Positions 38,130-45,851 of a stretch of 55,519 bases of DNA are shown in pieces. Made by a program: the position numbers and the translations under genes. Origin of the DNA: Abditibacteriaceae bacterium (GTDB lineage: Bacteria > Armatimonadota > Abditibacteriia > Abditibacteriales > Abditibacteriaceae); contig JANMKN010000403.1 in the NCBI GenBank assembly GCA_031372065.1, forward strand, positions 1 to 55,519, given 5' to 3'. The notes under the pieces were generated by a model. It did not search any database, was not told the origin of the DNA, and worked only from the letters and a program-made list of their open reading frames with translations. Within the stretch, counting starts at the first letter, position 1; each line of letters begins with the position of its first letter.

Positions 38130-39791
38130 TTATCCAAGTGACATTGTTTGGCACCAAGTGCCTATCTTCGGAAATCCAATCTGTAAACGCCCGGCAGCGG
38201 TTCGAGTGTTGTCTACGATGCCACCCCAACTAAGACGAACATCGCGCAAGGCCGCTGATTGTTGGCTTCCAGAGCCACTTTTCAGCGGTTCGAGCGCGCG
38301 ATATTTAGCCTCCAACTCTTGATACTCTTCCAGAAGCGGAACTAATACCGGGTTCGGTTCGATAGTGATTTTTTTCTCTTCCAGAACGAACTTTGTCCCG
38401 ACAGTTTGCGCGATGGCGCGCCGCGCCATCACGTCGCCCGCCGCGAACCAGGCGCGGGCATTGACGGCGAATTCCAGAGCGTTCTCCACCGCTTCACGCG
38501 AGAGATCGCCCTGCTGTTCCACATGATCGGCCTCGAAGTGCAGCGCGTTGCGCTGTGCCGCCAATTCGTCGCGCTTGCGAGTGTAATCTTCATCGCTCAC
38601 CACGTCCTTCAAACGCAAATCCAACAGATTATCCAACTGGCGATTGACTTCGACCAGCGCATTTTGCTTTTGCTGGTAAGCCGTCTGCCGCACGGTTTCT
38701 TCTTCGTTCCGCCAGCGGCGAATTTCCTCAATGCCCCACTCTTTGAACTCCGGTAGAATGGTCAATTTCTCCAGCAATTCATCAATGTTTTTAGCCAAAT
38801 CGTCCTCGCGCACGCCGCGCTTGTGGCAGGTGCCGAAGCTGTCGCTGCAATGGTAATAAACGTAAGAGCGCCGCTCGCCGGTGCCGCGAATGAATTTGGT
38901 TTTCAGATCGGCAGTGACCGCCTGACCGCAATGGCCACAGCGAATCAAGCCGGTGAAAGCGAACTCGTGTTTTTGCGCTCGCCGCTGCGTGCCGCTATTC
39001 AGCCTGTCCTGCGCGCGTTGATAATCATCCAGCGAGATCATTGCCTGATGCGCGCCCCGGTGCAGCATTCCGTTGTGATGAAAGTATCCGGCGTAAAAGA
39101 TGTTGTTGAAAAGGTTATAGAGCGTGCTCCGCGACAGCGGGCCGCCGGCCTCTCCTTTAGTCGCCGGCACGCGAAAGCCCATCTCGTTGTTCAGCTTGTC
39201 TAAAATCGCCGTCACGGAGAAGGTGCCGGACAACAGCAAATCCCACGCTTGCCGCAGCATGGCAAAACGCACCGGGTCGGGTTCGATAGTTTTGTCCAAA
39301 CGGTTGTTGAGATAGCCCAGTGGCGCCTTGTGTGGGAACCAGCCTTTCTCGATTTTGCTGGCCAGACCGCGCAGTGTGCCTTTCCGAAGGTCAATGATGA
39401 ACTGATTGGCGACGGCGGACTCGACGCTGAGTAGCACCACGTTATCACCCGGCAGATACTCTTTGTCCATCGTTTGAATGGAGCGAATTTGTCCCTGTTG
39501 CAGCATCCACGAAACGGTGCCCTGATCAATCGGGTTACGCAGTAAGCGATTGATGCTCCACACCAAAATGCCGTCGGCCTCGCCGGCTACAATGCGCTTC
39601 AGCATGGCGTTGAACAAAGGACGCCCCGGCGCTTTGGCAGAAAACTCTTCGCGGACTTCGTCCACGATCAAAAGTCCCTTGCGTTCGGCCAGGCGATGCA
39701 ATTCCTTGATCTGGTCGCCTATGGATTGGACTTGTCGGTTTTTGTCTTCTTCGAACTTGCGGGCATAGAGGATGTAGCGGATGGCGGACAT
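38130..39791 (-). CDS. Large serine recombinase (resolvase, recombinase and Zn-ribbon domains); catalytic Ser replaced by Phe
   Basis: YARKFEEDKNRQVQSI, SAKAPGRPLFNAML, APLGY, GLIRCGHCG, YYHC, coiled coil. Confidence 0.92.
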   Translation of the reverse strand: MSAIRYILYARKFEEDKNRQVQSIGDQIKELHRLAERKGLLIVDEVREEFSAKAPGRPLFNAMLKRIVAGEADGILVWSINRLLRNPIDQGTVSWMLQQGQIRSIQTMDKEYLPGDNVVLLSVESAVANQFIIDLRKGTLRGLASKIEKGWFPHKAPLGYLNNRLDKTIEPDPVRFAMLRQAWDLLLSGTFSVTAILDKLNNEMGFRVPATKGEAGGPLSRSTLYNLFNNIFYAGYFHHNGMLHRGAHQAMISLDDYQRAQDRLNSGTQRRAQKHEFAFTGLIRCGHCGQAVTADLKTKFIRGTGERRSYVYYHCSDSFGTCHKRGVREDDLAKNIDELLEKLTILPEFKEWGIEEIRRWRNEEETVRQTAYQQKQNALVEVNRQLDNLLDLRLKDVVSDEDYTRKRDELAAQRNALHFEADHVEQQGDLSREAVENALEFAVNARAWFAAGDVMARRAIAQTVGTKFVLEEKKITIEPNPVLVPLLEEYQELEAKYRALEPLKSGSGSQQSAALRDVRLSWGGIVDNTRTAAGRLQIGFPKIGTWCQTMSLG

Positions 39792-39991
39792 GGAGTTAAG
39801 CCATAGCCAATAAGAATCAGCAGGTTGTGAGCTAACGAAGCGGCATCGGGGTCAGCCAACTCGACTCCGAAATGTTGCTTGTAAAGCTCTTTGAATCGCT
39901 TCACGCCTTCCGCGCTGGGCGCGGGCGGCAGAAACGCTGCTGCGGGTTTGCCGGTTTGCGGTTCCGGTTGTGATGATGCAGAATCCTTCAT
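39719..39991 (-). CDS. Small conserved-looking hypothetical protein directly upstream of the recombinase
   Basis: Amphipathic core SAEGVKRFKELYKQHFGVELADPDAASLAHNLLILI; overlaps the recombinase start. Confidence 0.55.
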   Translation of the reverse strand: MKDSASSQPEPQTGKPAAAFLPPAPSAEGVKRFKELYKQHFGVELADPDAASLAHNLLILIGYGLTPCPPSATSSMPASSKKTKTDKSNP

Positions 39992-40052
39992 GCGGGCAAG
40001 TCACGGTTAAGACTTGCCTCACCTTGACGGATTCGGATTTTGCAGGCCAGCC

Positions 40053-40072
40053 GCGTTGCCGATCAGCAACGC
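40053..40072. promoter_or_regulatory. Palindromic operator-like site, copy 1
   Basis: GCGTTGC-CGATCA-GCAACGC in the divergent recombinase/P450 intergenic region; 18 nt identical to 42552-42569. Confidence 0.6.
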
Positions 40073-40147
40073 CAGCGCTGCCGCATCGCCCTTTCATTAC
40101 CGACAGAAAACGCGAAAAAGTCAACCCTTGCGGCAATTTCACCAACG

Positions 40148-41479
40148 ATGCCAGACAGATTTCCCTTACCGGCAAGCGCATGTGGCTCGACATCAAAACT
40201 CTTGAACTGGCTGCTTGCGTCCCAGCCCGGCTGCTACCTGCACTCCGCTGAATGCCCTCTCTACTGGGTCACCGACCCGGCGGACGTTGAAATGATCTTG
40301 TCCAACCCGGATGACTTTCCGAACGCTCCGGCGGCCCCCGAATATCGAGCATTTTTAGGCGACGGCACAGCAGCGACGTTTTATGTGCCGCATGAACACA
40401 ATGGTGATTCCACCTCTGAAAACCACGCCAACTTTCGGCGACATAAACGCCGAGCGATAGCTCCACTCCTCGGCCAGGCGACAAATGCAAATCGCAAAAC
40501 GGCGATGGAGGAAATAACGCACCGCGCCACGGCTGTCTGGATGCCGAGCCAAGTCGTGGACGTTCATGCCGTGCTGCACGAATTATTTTTTCAGATTGCG
40601 TTGCGCTGCCTGTTCCAAATCGAAGTTAGCGATGCGGTTTTGGCCGCCAACGCCACCTTGCGCCAAACCGCAGGTCAAGTCGCCGCTTATGTGCAAAGTT
40701 CTCAAAACCGCTTGCTTCCTTATTTTGACCGGGGTAAGGCCCTCAGTCCCGCATGGGAGACACAGCAAAGCGAGCAATACGCACAACTTCGCGCCCGGCG
40801 CCAAAGCTTGGACTTAATTCTTGACTCCATGCTGGTTGCCGTGGAGCGCGGCTTGAGAAGCCCGCTATTGGAGCAGGTTCGCACCTTGCCTCTGAACGAT
40901 GAGGCCGACTTTCGAGCCGTGCTCGGCGGTTTGCTGATGGCCAGTTACGAAAACAGCGCCGCATGGGGCGCGTGGGTTATGGAGTGTCTGGCTGACCGTG
41001 CCGACTTGCAAAACGAGATCGCCGAGGAAAGCCGCACTTCGCGCGAGAACATGCTGCTTTCTCTTTGCCTCTCTGAGGCCTTGCGGCTCTATCCGCCTGT
41101 CTGGTCTTTCGCCCGGCGGGCAAAACGCGATCTCGTTTTGACAAATGAAAGCATGATTCTAAAGGGCAACATTATTTTGGTTAGCCCCTACGTTCAACAA
41201 CGCCATCCCTTGCTCTGGGAAGGCGCGGCTCAGTTCAATCCTCGGCGCTTTGCAATTGACGATGCACCCGGCATAGGACGCTATTGCCCGTTTGGGCATG
41301 GACTCTACGGTTGCTATGGAGAAGCGTTTGCGCGTGATTCAGTGCGAGCGGTGTTGAGCGCGCTGTTGCGTGAGTGGCGATTTTCTCCAGTCCTCGGCCA
41401 TCCAGCTCCAGAGGTCGCTTTTGGGATCACGCTGTTTCCTTTACATGGCATCTGGCTGCGCGTTGAGCGGCGGGACTGA
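40148..41479 (+). CDS. Cytochrome P450
   Basis: K-helix EALRLYPPVW, FNPRRF (PERF), heme-binding PFGHGLYGCYG, I-helix LMASYENS. Start codon uncertain. Confidence 0.9.
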   Translation: MPDRFPLPASACGSTSKLLNWLLASQPGCYLHSAECPLYWVTDPADVEMILSNPDDFPNAPAAPEYRAFLGDGTAATFYVPHEHNGDSTSENHANFRRHKRRAIAPLLGQATNANRKTAMEEITHRATAVWMPSQVVDVHAVLHELFFQIALRCLFQIEVSDAVLAANATLRQTAGQVAAYVQSSQNRLLPYFDRGKALSPAWETQQSEQYAQLRARRQSLDLILDSMLVAVERGLRSPLLEQVRTLPLNDEADFRAVLGGLLMASYENSAAWGAWVMECLADRADLQNEIAEESRTSRENMLLSLCLSEALRLYPPVWSFARRAKRDLVLTNESMILKGNIILVSPYVQQRHPLLWEGAAQFNPRRFAIDDAPGIGRYCPFGHGLYGCYGEAFARDSVRAVLSALLREWRFSPVLGHPAPEVAFGITLFPLHGIWLRVERRD

Positions 41480-42372
41480 CCACTGACACGGCGCACAGCG
41501 ATGTCGGGATTATCGGCGGCACTCGTTGCCATTTCATTGAGATGCTCTTGCCAGCGTTGTGCCATCGGCGCCGGTAATTCCACCCAGCAGGATTGCCCGT
41601 CGTCATTTTTGACGCGGCACTTTTCGGTATCCGCATACTCCCGCACCGACAGCGCATGAAAAACATCAGAGGCGCGCTGAAGCCTCGCCGCTTGCAGTGG
41701 TGAATATTCGATGGCGATCCAAGCGCCCGGTGCGACGGAAAGACCGATCTCATAAGCCAGTTCACGGCTCTTGATCACGTAACCCATAACATATTCCGCG
41801 AATGATTCCGTCTTCAGCCAACTCTGCAACCGGGAAAAGGCATCTGCCGCCTCGGAGCGTTGATGGAATACGTAGCGAAAATGAACACCCTGCCGCAGAG
41901 CCTGCAAAATCTTCTCTCCCACCGCCCCTCGGTTCGCCTCGTGCAGATAGCCGTTCGAGACGATCCAAACCGCGTTGGCTTCCGCTTCGAGATTCATCAC
42001 ATATTCCAGAGGGCGCACGCCCAAAAAGCGCGTGAGATCGTCGCCCCGGTTGATGGGGTGTGGGCCTGCGGCAATTGAGTTTCGTTGTGTCAGGGCCTGG
42101 AGCTTGAGCACTTGTGCCACACGGGGCGTAATTTTCGCCGTCAGCCAGCGGTTCACCGTTTGCGGCGCCACGCCGATCTCTTGTGCCAGGCGGGGCGGCG
42201 TCAAATCGCACGCCACCAAAAACCGCTCCATCAAGCGAGCCGATAACTCGCGCGAAGATTCAGTCGTTTCACCACGGGACACCACGAAGAGTTGCCGCAC
42301 AACTGTTTCGGCATCGGCGGTTTCAAGTGATTGTAGAACATCGGCAACAGACGTTTTGGACATTGAGAACAT
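41314..42372 (-). CDS. XRE-family HTH regulator with a large C-terminal domain
   Basis: LTPPRLAQEIGVAPQTVNRWLTAKITP HTH, followed by about 200 aa of alpha/beta sequence (AVWIVS...ALRQGVHFRYVF). Start at 42363 or 42372. Confidence 0.78.
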   Translation of the reverse strand: MFSMSKTSVADVLQSLETADAETVVRQLFVVSRGETTESSRELSARLMERFLVACDLTPPRLAQEIGVAPQTVNRWLTAKITPRVAQVLKLQALTQRNSIAAGPHPINRGDDLTRFLGVRPLEYVMNLEAEANAVWIVSNGYLHEANRGAVGEKILQALRQGVHFRYVFHQRSEAADAFSRLQSWLKTESFAEYVMGYVIKSRELAYEIGLSVAPGAWIAIEYSPLQAARLQRASDVFHALSVREYADTEKCRVKNDDGQSCWVELPAPMAQRWQEHLNEMATSAADNPDIAVRRVSGQSRRSTRSQMPCKGNSVIPKATSGAGWPRTGENRHSRNSALNTARTESRANASP

Positions 42373-42469
42373 TGGCGAACATTTGGATTTGGATAATTGC
42401 GCTCTTAAAATAGCGAAAATGTGACGAAAGTCAAGTCCCCAAATCAAAAAATGCTCATTTTTCGCTGTC

Positions 42470-42498
42470 TTGACGATGGCCGCCATTCTCTGTAATCT
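42470..42498 (+). promoter_or_regulatory. Putative sigma70 promoter for the rightward Cro/replication operon
   Basis: TTGACG-N17-TAATCT. A divergent TTGACT-N16-TATTTT (42434-42407) could drive the XRE gene. Confidence 0.4.
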
Positions 42499-42551
42499 GG
42501 CGCCGATTTGCGTTTTTCGTTTGGAATGCACGTTTTGCACGATGGCGCTAG

Positions 42552-42569
42552 GCGTTGCCGATCAGCAAC
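42552..42569. promoter_or_regulatory. Palindromic operator-like site, copy 2
   Basis: GCGTTGCCGATCAGCAAC, identical to 40053-40070, in the divergent XRE/Cro-like intergenic region. Confidence 0.6.
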
Positions 42570-42653
42570 CGCTTTTGAGCGATGTCAAATCATCGCGCAC
42601 TGTGAAAGGGCACCAACCCGAATGTGAAAACTTCATTGCCTTCGATTGATTTC

Positions 42654-43070
42654 ATGTCTCAGCAAAACCACTCCCTATCGCCGATCCTTCACAGCCGCCT
42701 TCGGGCGGTAATGGCGCATACCACACGCTACGCCTTCAAGGGCGAGGCGCGTCTGGCTGCCGATGCCGGCGTGTCCAAATCGGCCATCAACCGGCTGATC
42801 AATGAAAAAGCCAGTTCGTCGTATTGGGTGGTTCTGGCCATCACGCAGGCGCTCGAAAAAGCTTTGAAACGCTCGCTCGACCCGCGCGAACTGGTGTCGC
42901 TGGACGGCGCTTATCCGACCAGCTCGACCTGCAAATTAGTCGGATGCCGGGGCTGCCAACCGTCCGAAGCCTATGATGAAAATGGAACCGTCCGCGCGGA
43001 ATTCCGCCACATGAAACCCGGCGAGTGGGCATTTTATCCATCGTCCAGAGACGGTCCGCGCGGTCGCTAA
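42654..43070 (+). CDS. Cro/XRE-like HTH protein with C-terminal CxxxxCxxC motif
   Basis: EARLAADAGVSKSAINRLIN HTH; CKLVGCRGCQP. Confidence 0.8.
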   Translation: MSQQNHSLSPILHSRLRAVMAHTTRYAFKGEARLAADAGVSKSAINRLINEKASSSYWVVLAITQALEKALKRSLDPRELVSLDGAYPTSSTCKLVGCRGCQPSEAYDENGTVRAEFRHMKPGEWAFYPSSRDGPRGR

Positions 43071-43122
43071 CGGCCACAGAAGCTAACACTCATCTACCTT
43101 AATCGCTCCTAATTCTAAAGCC

Positions 43123-43449
43123 ATGCCTTCGCAACCACTTTCTCGAAAACACCAGATATTGGTCATCAGCCAACTGGCAAAATCTCTCCTCCAAACCTTT
43201 GACGAATTCGACTGGAAGCAACTGACCTTTGAAGAAAAAGCCGACATTAAACCGGTGCTGAAAAATCTGGCGCAACAACTGCGCGCGATTCGCAAACGGC
43301 TCAAGTCCGCACCGATACAAGCGACCGATTTAAAAACGCGAAAGCCGCTTCCCGTTACGGAAGAAGCGGCTCTTCCCGGCCATCCGCATCCGGGCGAGGG
43401 CCGGCACGGAGCCGCCGCACGCCCAGACCGATGCGCCTCCTCAATTTAG
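43123..43449 (+). CDS. Hypothetical protein
   Basis: Co-oriented ORF filling the operon gap, with an amphipathic helical N-terminal half. No family recognised. Confidence 0.4.
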   Translation: MPSQPLSRKHQILVISQLAKSLLQTFDEFDWKQLTFEEKADIKPVLKNLAQQLRAIRKRLKSAPIQATDLKTRKPLPVTEEAALPGHPHPGEGRHGAAARPDRCASSI

Positions 43450-43515
43450 CGGCTGGAGTTAATCAGGCAACTGGCGTCGCTCAGGCGCATTTATTCATCC
43501 ATTAGCAACTGCACC

Positions 43516-44553
43516 ATGGAACACATTTTTCCTCAGCCGTCCGGCTTGCCGCCGCTCGACACCTCCGCTTTGAACAGCACGCAAACTTCGCCGCCCTTCG
43601 TTATTCACATTGAGCATCTCGACATCAAAGATCATGTTTATTGGCGCCCATCGGCGTTTGTAAAGTTCACGCCGGCACTGCGCGAGTCGGGATTTCTGCG
43701 GAGCATCGCGCCGGAGGAATTGAAAAGCATACTCTTTCTGTTGACGTTTCTCACGCCCAACGGCGATTGCTGGCCGTCGCTGGCACAGCTCGCGGAAGCG
43801 ATGGGCGTTTCGACAGGCAAGGCGCGTGAGCGCATGGAGCGTTTGACGGATTGGCGTTGGCAGGACAAAGCAATGGTGGTCACGGCGCAACACGGCAACG
43901 GCGAGCAAGCCTGCGCGCTGGCGCGGGGGATGATTCCCGTGACCGAAGACGCGCAGAAATCATCTTACGACGAGCCAATTCCCATCAAGGCCGCCTCGCG
44001 GGATGCGGTGATCGCCTATTCCCGCGCTCGCTATACCCGTCCCCGCGCCGAAGTCGAGCGTGAGATCGCCGAACTGAACGACTGGGATCTACCAAATGAT
44101 GAAGAGTTTTCTGAGGACGACGCTTATGATGTCGAGCCAGGTCCGCCAGAACCTCCCGAAGATGCCCCCTCGCCGCCAACGGCTTCCAGTGAGTCGGCCC
44201 AGCCCGGTGCATCAGCCGCGCTTGATGCAACTGCCACGCTTGATGTTCAGCAGCGTGATTCGTCGCGCCAACGTAAAATGCGACGGCAGTTGGCCAGAGT
44301 TGGTCTCAACAATGAGGAAGTCCAGTTACTCATGGATCAGTTCGAGCACGGACGCATCCGCCGCCAGTTGCTCTGGCTGCCTTACCGTCACGCCCGCAAT
44401 CCTTCCGCCTACTTGCTGGCTGCCATAGAAGGCAATTATGCGCCGCCGCCGCTTTTGAGAAGGGCGCCAACGCCAACCATCAACTTGCCCCCACCGCCAA
44501 ACCTCGAAACGGAATTACCTCCACACCCGGACGAACCAGCCAGTAATCCTTGA
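43516..44553 (+). CDS. Winged-HTH replication-initiator-like protein
   Basis: ELKSILFLLTFLTPNGDCWPSLAQLAEAMGVS (HTH_36-like); C-terminal ARNPSAYLLAAIEGNY typical of initiator tails. Confidence 0.65.
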   Translation: MEHIFPQPSGLPPLDTSALNSTQTSPPFVIHIEHLDIKDHVYWRPSAFVKFTPALRESGFLRSIAPEELKSILFLLTFLTPNGDCWPSLAQLAEAMGVSTGKARERMERLTDWRWQDKAMVVTAQHGNGEQACALARGMIPVTEDAQKSSYDEPIPIKAASRDAVIAYSRARYTRPRAEVEREIAELNDWDLPNDEEFSEDDAYDVEPGPPEPPEDAPSPPTASSESAQPGASAALDATATLDVQQRDSSRQRKMRRQLARVGLNNEEVQLLMDQFEHGRIRRQLLWLPYRHARNPSAYLLAAIEGNYAPPPLLRRAPTPTINLPPPPNLETELPPHPDEPASNP

Positions 44554-45416
44554 CTCTTATGCAGCGAGGCGCCCACTCCAACTCGCCATCCGGCTTCCTC
44601 TTCACGAAGATGCCCAATCAGTTCGTGGATCGGCTCATGCCGCTGCTCAAAGATACCGAGTGGCGTGTGTTGTGCGTGATCGTGCGCCAGACCATCGGCT
44701 GGCTGGGCACAGACGGTCAGCCGAAAACGAGCGACTGGATCACGCGCCGCCAGTTCATGGAGCGCACCGGGCGCCATGCCGAGGCGATTAGCGAGGCCGT
44801 TGCCGGCCTCATCGAGAAGCGCCTGATTCGCGCTTGCGATGAGGCCGGCAATTTGTTGTCCCAACCGTCACAGCGCCGCAACGCGCGTGGGAGAATCCAA
44901 TATGGGCTACACCCGAACATCTGGAACATTCCCCAGAAAATCCGACACGGCGACCGGAAAAGCGAACTCGACCTTCAGCCTCGCATGGTCGAAAAAGCGA
45001 ACACAACAAAAGAAAATTTAAAAGAAAAATCTGATGAACCCCGTCTCTCGTTGCAGGAAAACGCAGCCATTCGCCTCTTCGAGGCGACCTACGCCCACAA
45101 ATATCGCAGCAAGTTCGCCGTTGATCCAACGCTGTCGGTCTTAACCGAAGACGAGAGGGTTCGCCTGCACGAATTGATTGCTCTGCACGGCGCCAGAGAA
45201 CTCGAAGCAATGCTTGGTAATTTTTTCTCTCGCGACTGGGCGTGGCTCCGAAAGTCCCGTTTTTCGCTTGCGGCGTTCCTCCACAGCCAACATTTGCTGC
45301 GCCTGCTAAAACCATCTGTCGTGGGGAAAAAGAAAAATCATGAGGCACCGGACACTTCGGGGAATGATACTACTGGCGAATTCGCGAACTCTGAGCGATG
45401 GACTTCTGACTTCTAA
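44550..45416 (+). CDS. Phage replication protein O-like initiator
   Basis: FTKMPNQFVD...EWRVLCVIVRQTIGW...DWITRRQFMERTG matches the lambda-O-like N-terminal pattern; start overlaps the upstream stop. Confidence 0.75.
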   Translation: MTLMQRGAHSNSPSGFLFTKMPNQFVDRLMPLLKDTEWRVLCVIVRQTIGWLGTDGQPKTSDWITRRQFMERTGRHAEAISEAVAGLIEKRLIRACDEAGNLLSQPSQRRNARGRIQYGLHPNIWNIPQKIRHGDRKSELDLQPRMVEKANTTKENLKEKSDEPRLSLQENAAIRLFEATYAHKYRSKFAVDPTLSVLTEDERVRLHELIALHGARELEAMLGNFFSRDWAWLRKSRFSLAAFLHSQHLLRLLKPSVVGKKKNHEAPDTSGNDTTGEFANSERWTSDF

Positions 45417-45497
45417 TGGGTGGGAAATTCGATGGCTCACCGGCTTTTGTAGGTTGGCCTATCCGCCAAAAACGTTCTAAGTTTTGCTCAACTCTGA

Positions 45498-45851
45498 ATT
45501 CGCCAGCAGTATCGCTTTCGAGAACGCACCGTCAGCGGCGATGCGCCGCCCATCGCATGGGGACGGGACATGAAGATCGCCCGCGACTTGCTCAAGGCAT
45601 ACTCTTTTGAACGCCTGACCGCCCTGCTGAACCAGTTCTTTGACAGCGAGGACGCTTGGTTTGCGAAGTGTGGCTATTCCTTATCCTGCTTCAAGAATGC
45701 GATCCCCAAGCTACTACTGCGCGAAGGTCGGCGCGGGTTAATAAACGGGCAATCTCCATCCGCCAGACCGTCGGCGAAATCCACGCTGGGGCCGCGCCTC
45801 TACTCTGGCTGGCACCGGGCCGGTAGGAATGATGAAACCCTGCGCGATTAA
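45498..45851 (+). pseudogene. Fragment paralogous to the replication-protein C-terminal domain
   Basis: LTALLNQFFDSEDAWFAKCGYSLSCF aligns by eye with LEAMLGNFFSRDWAWLRKSRFSLAAF upstream; preceded by in-frame stops. Confidence 0.5.

Larger units (their letters stand above)
36041..45851. mobile_element. Degenerate integrative element (serine-recombinase type, satellite/IME-like); boundaries approximate
   Basis: Cluster of recombinase, PD-(D/E)xK nuclease, DUF932-like gene, divergent HTH regulators and replication proteins between host genes. No att sites identified. Confidence 0.75.

Noticed and set aside
39990..40010. Micro-ORF MRASHG as a biarylitide-type P450 RiPP precursor
   Set aside because: Lacks the Tyr of the MxYxH motif, has no RBS, and lies about 140 bp from the P450 start.
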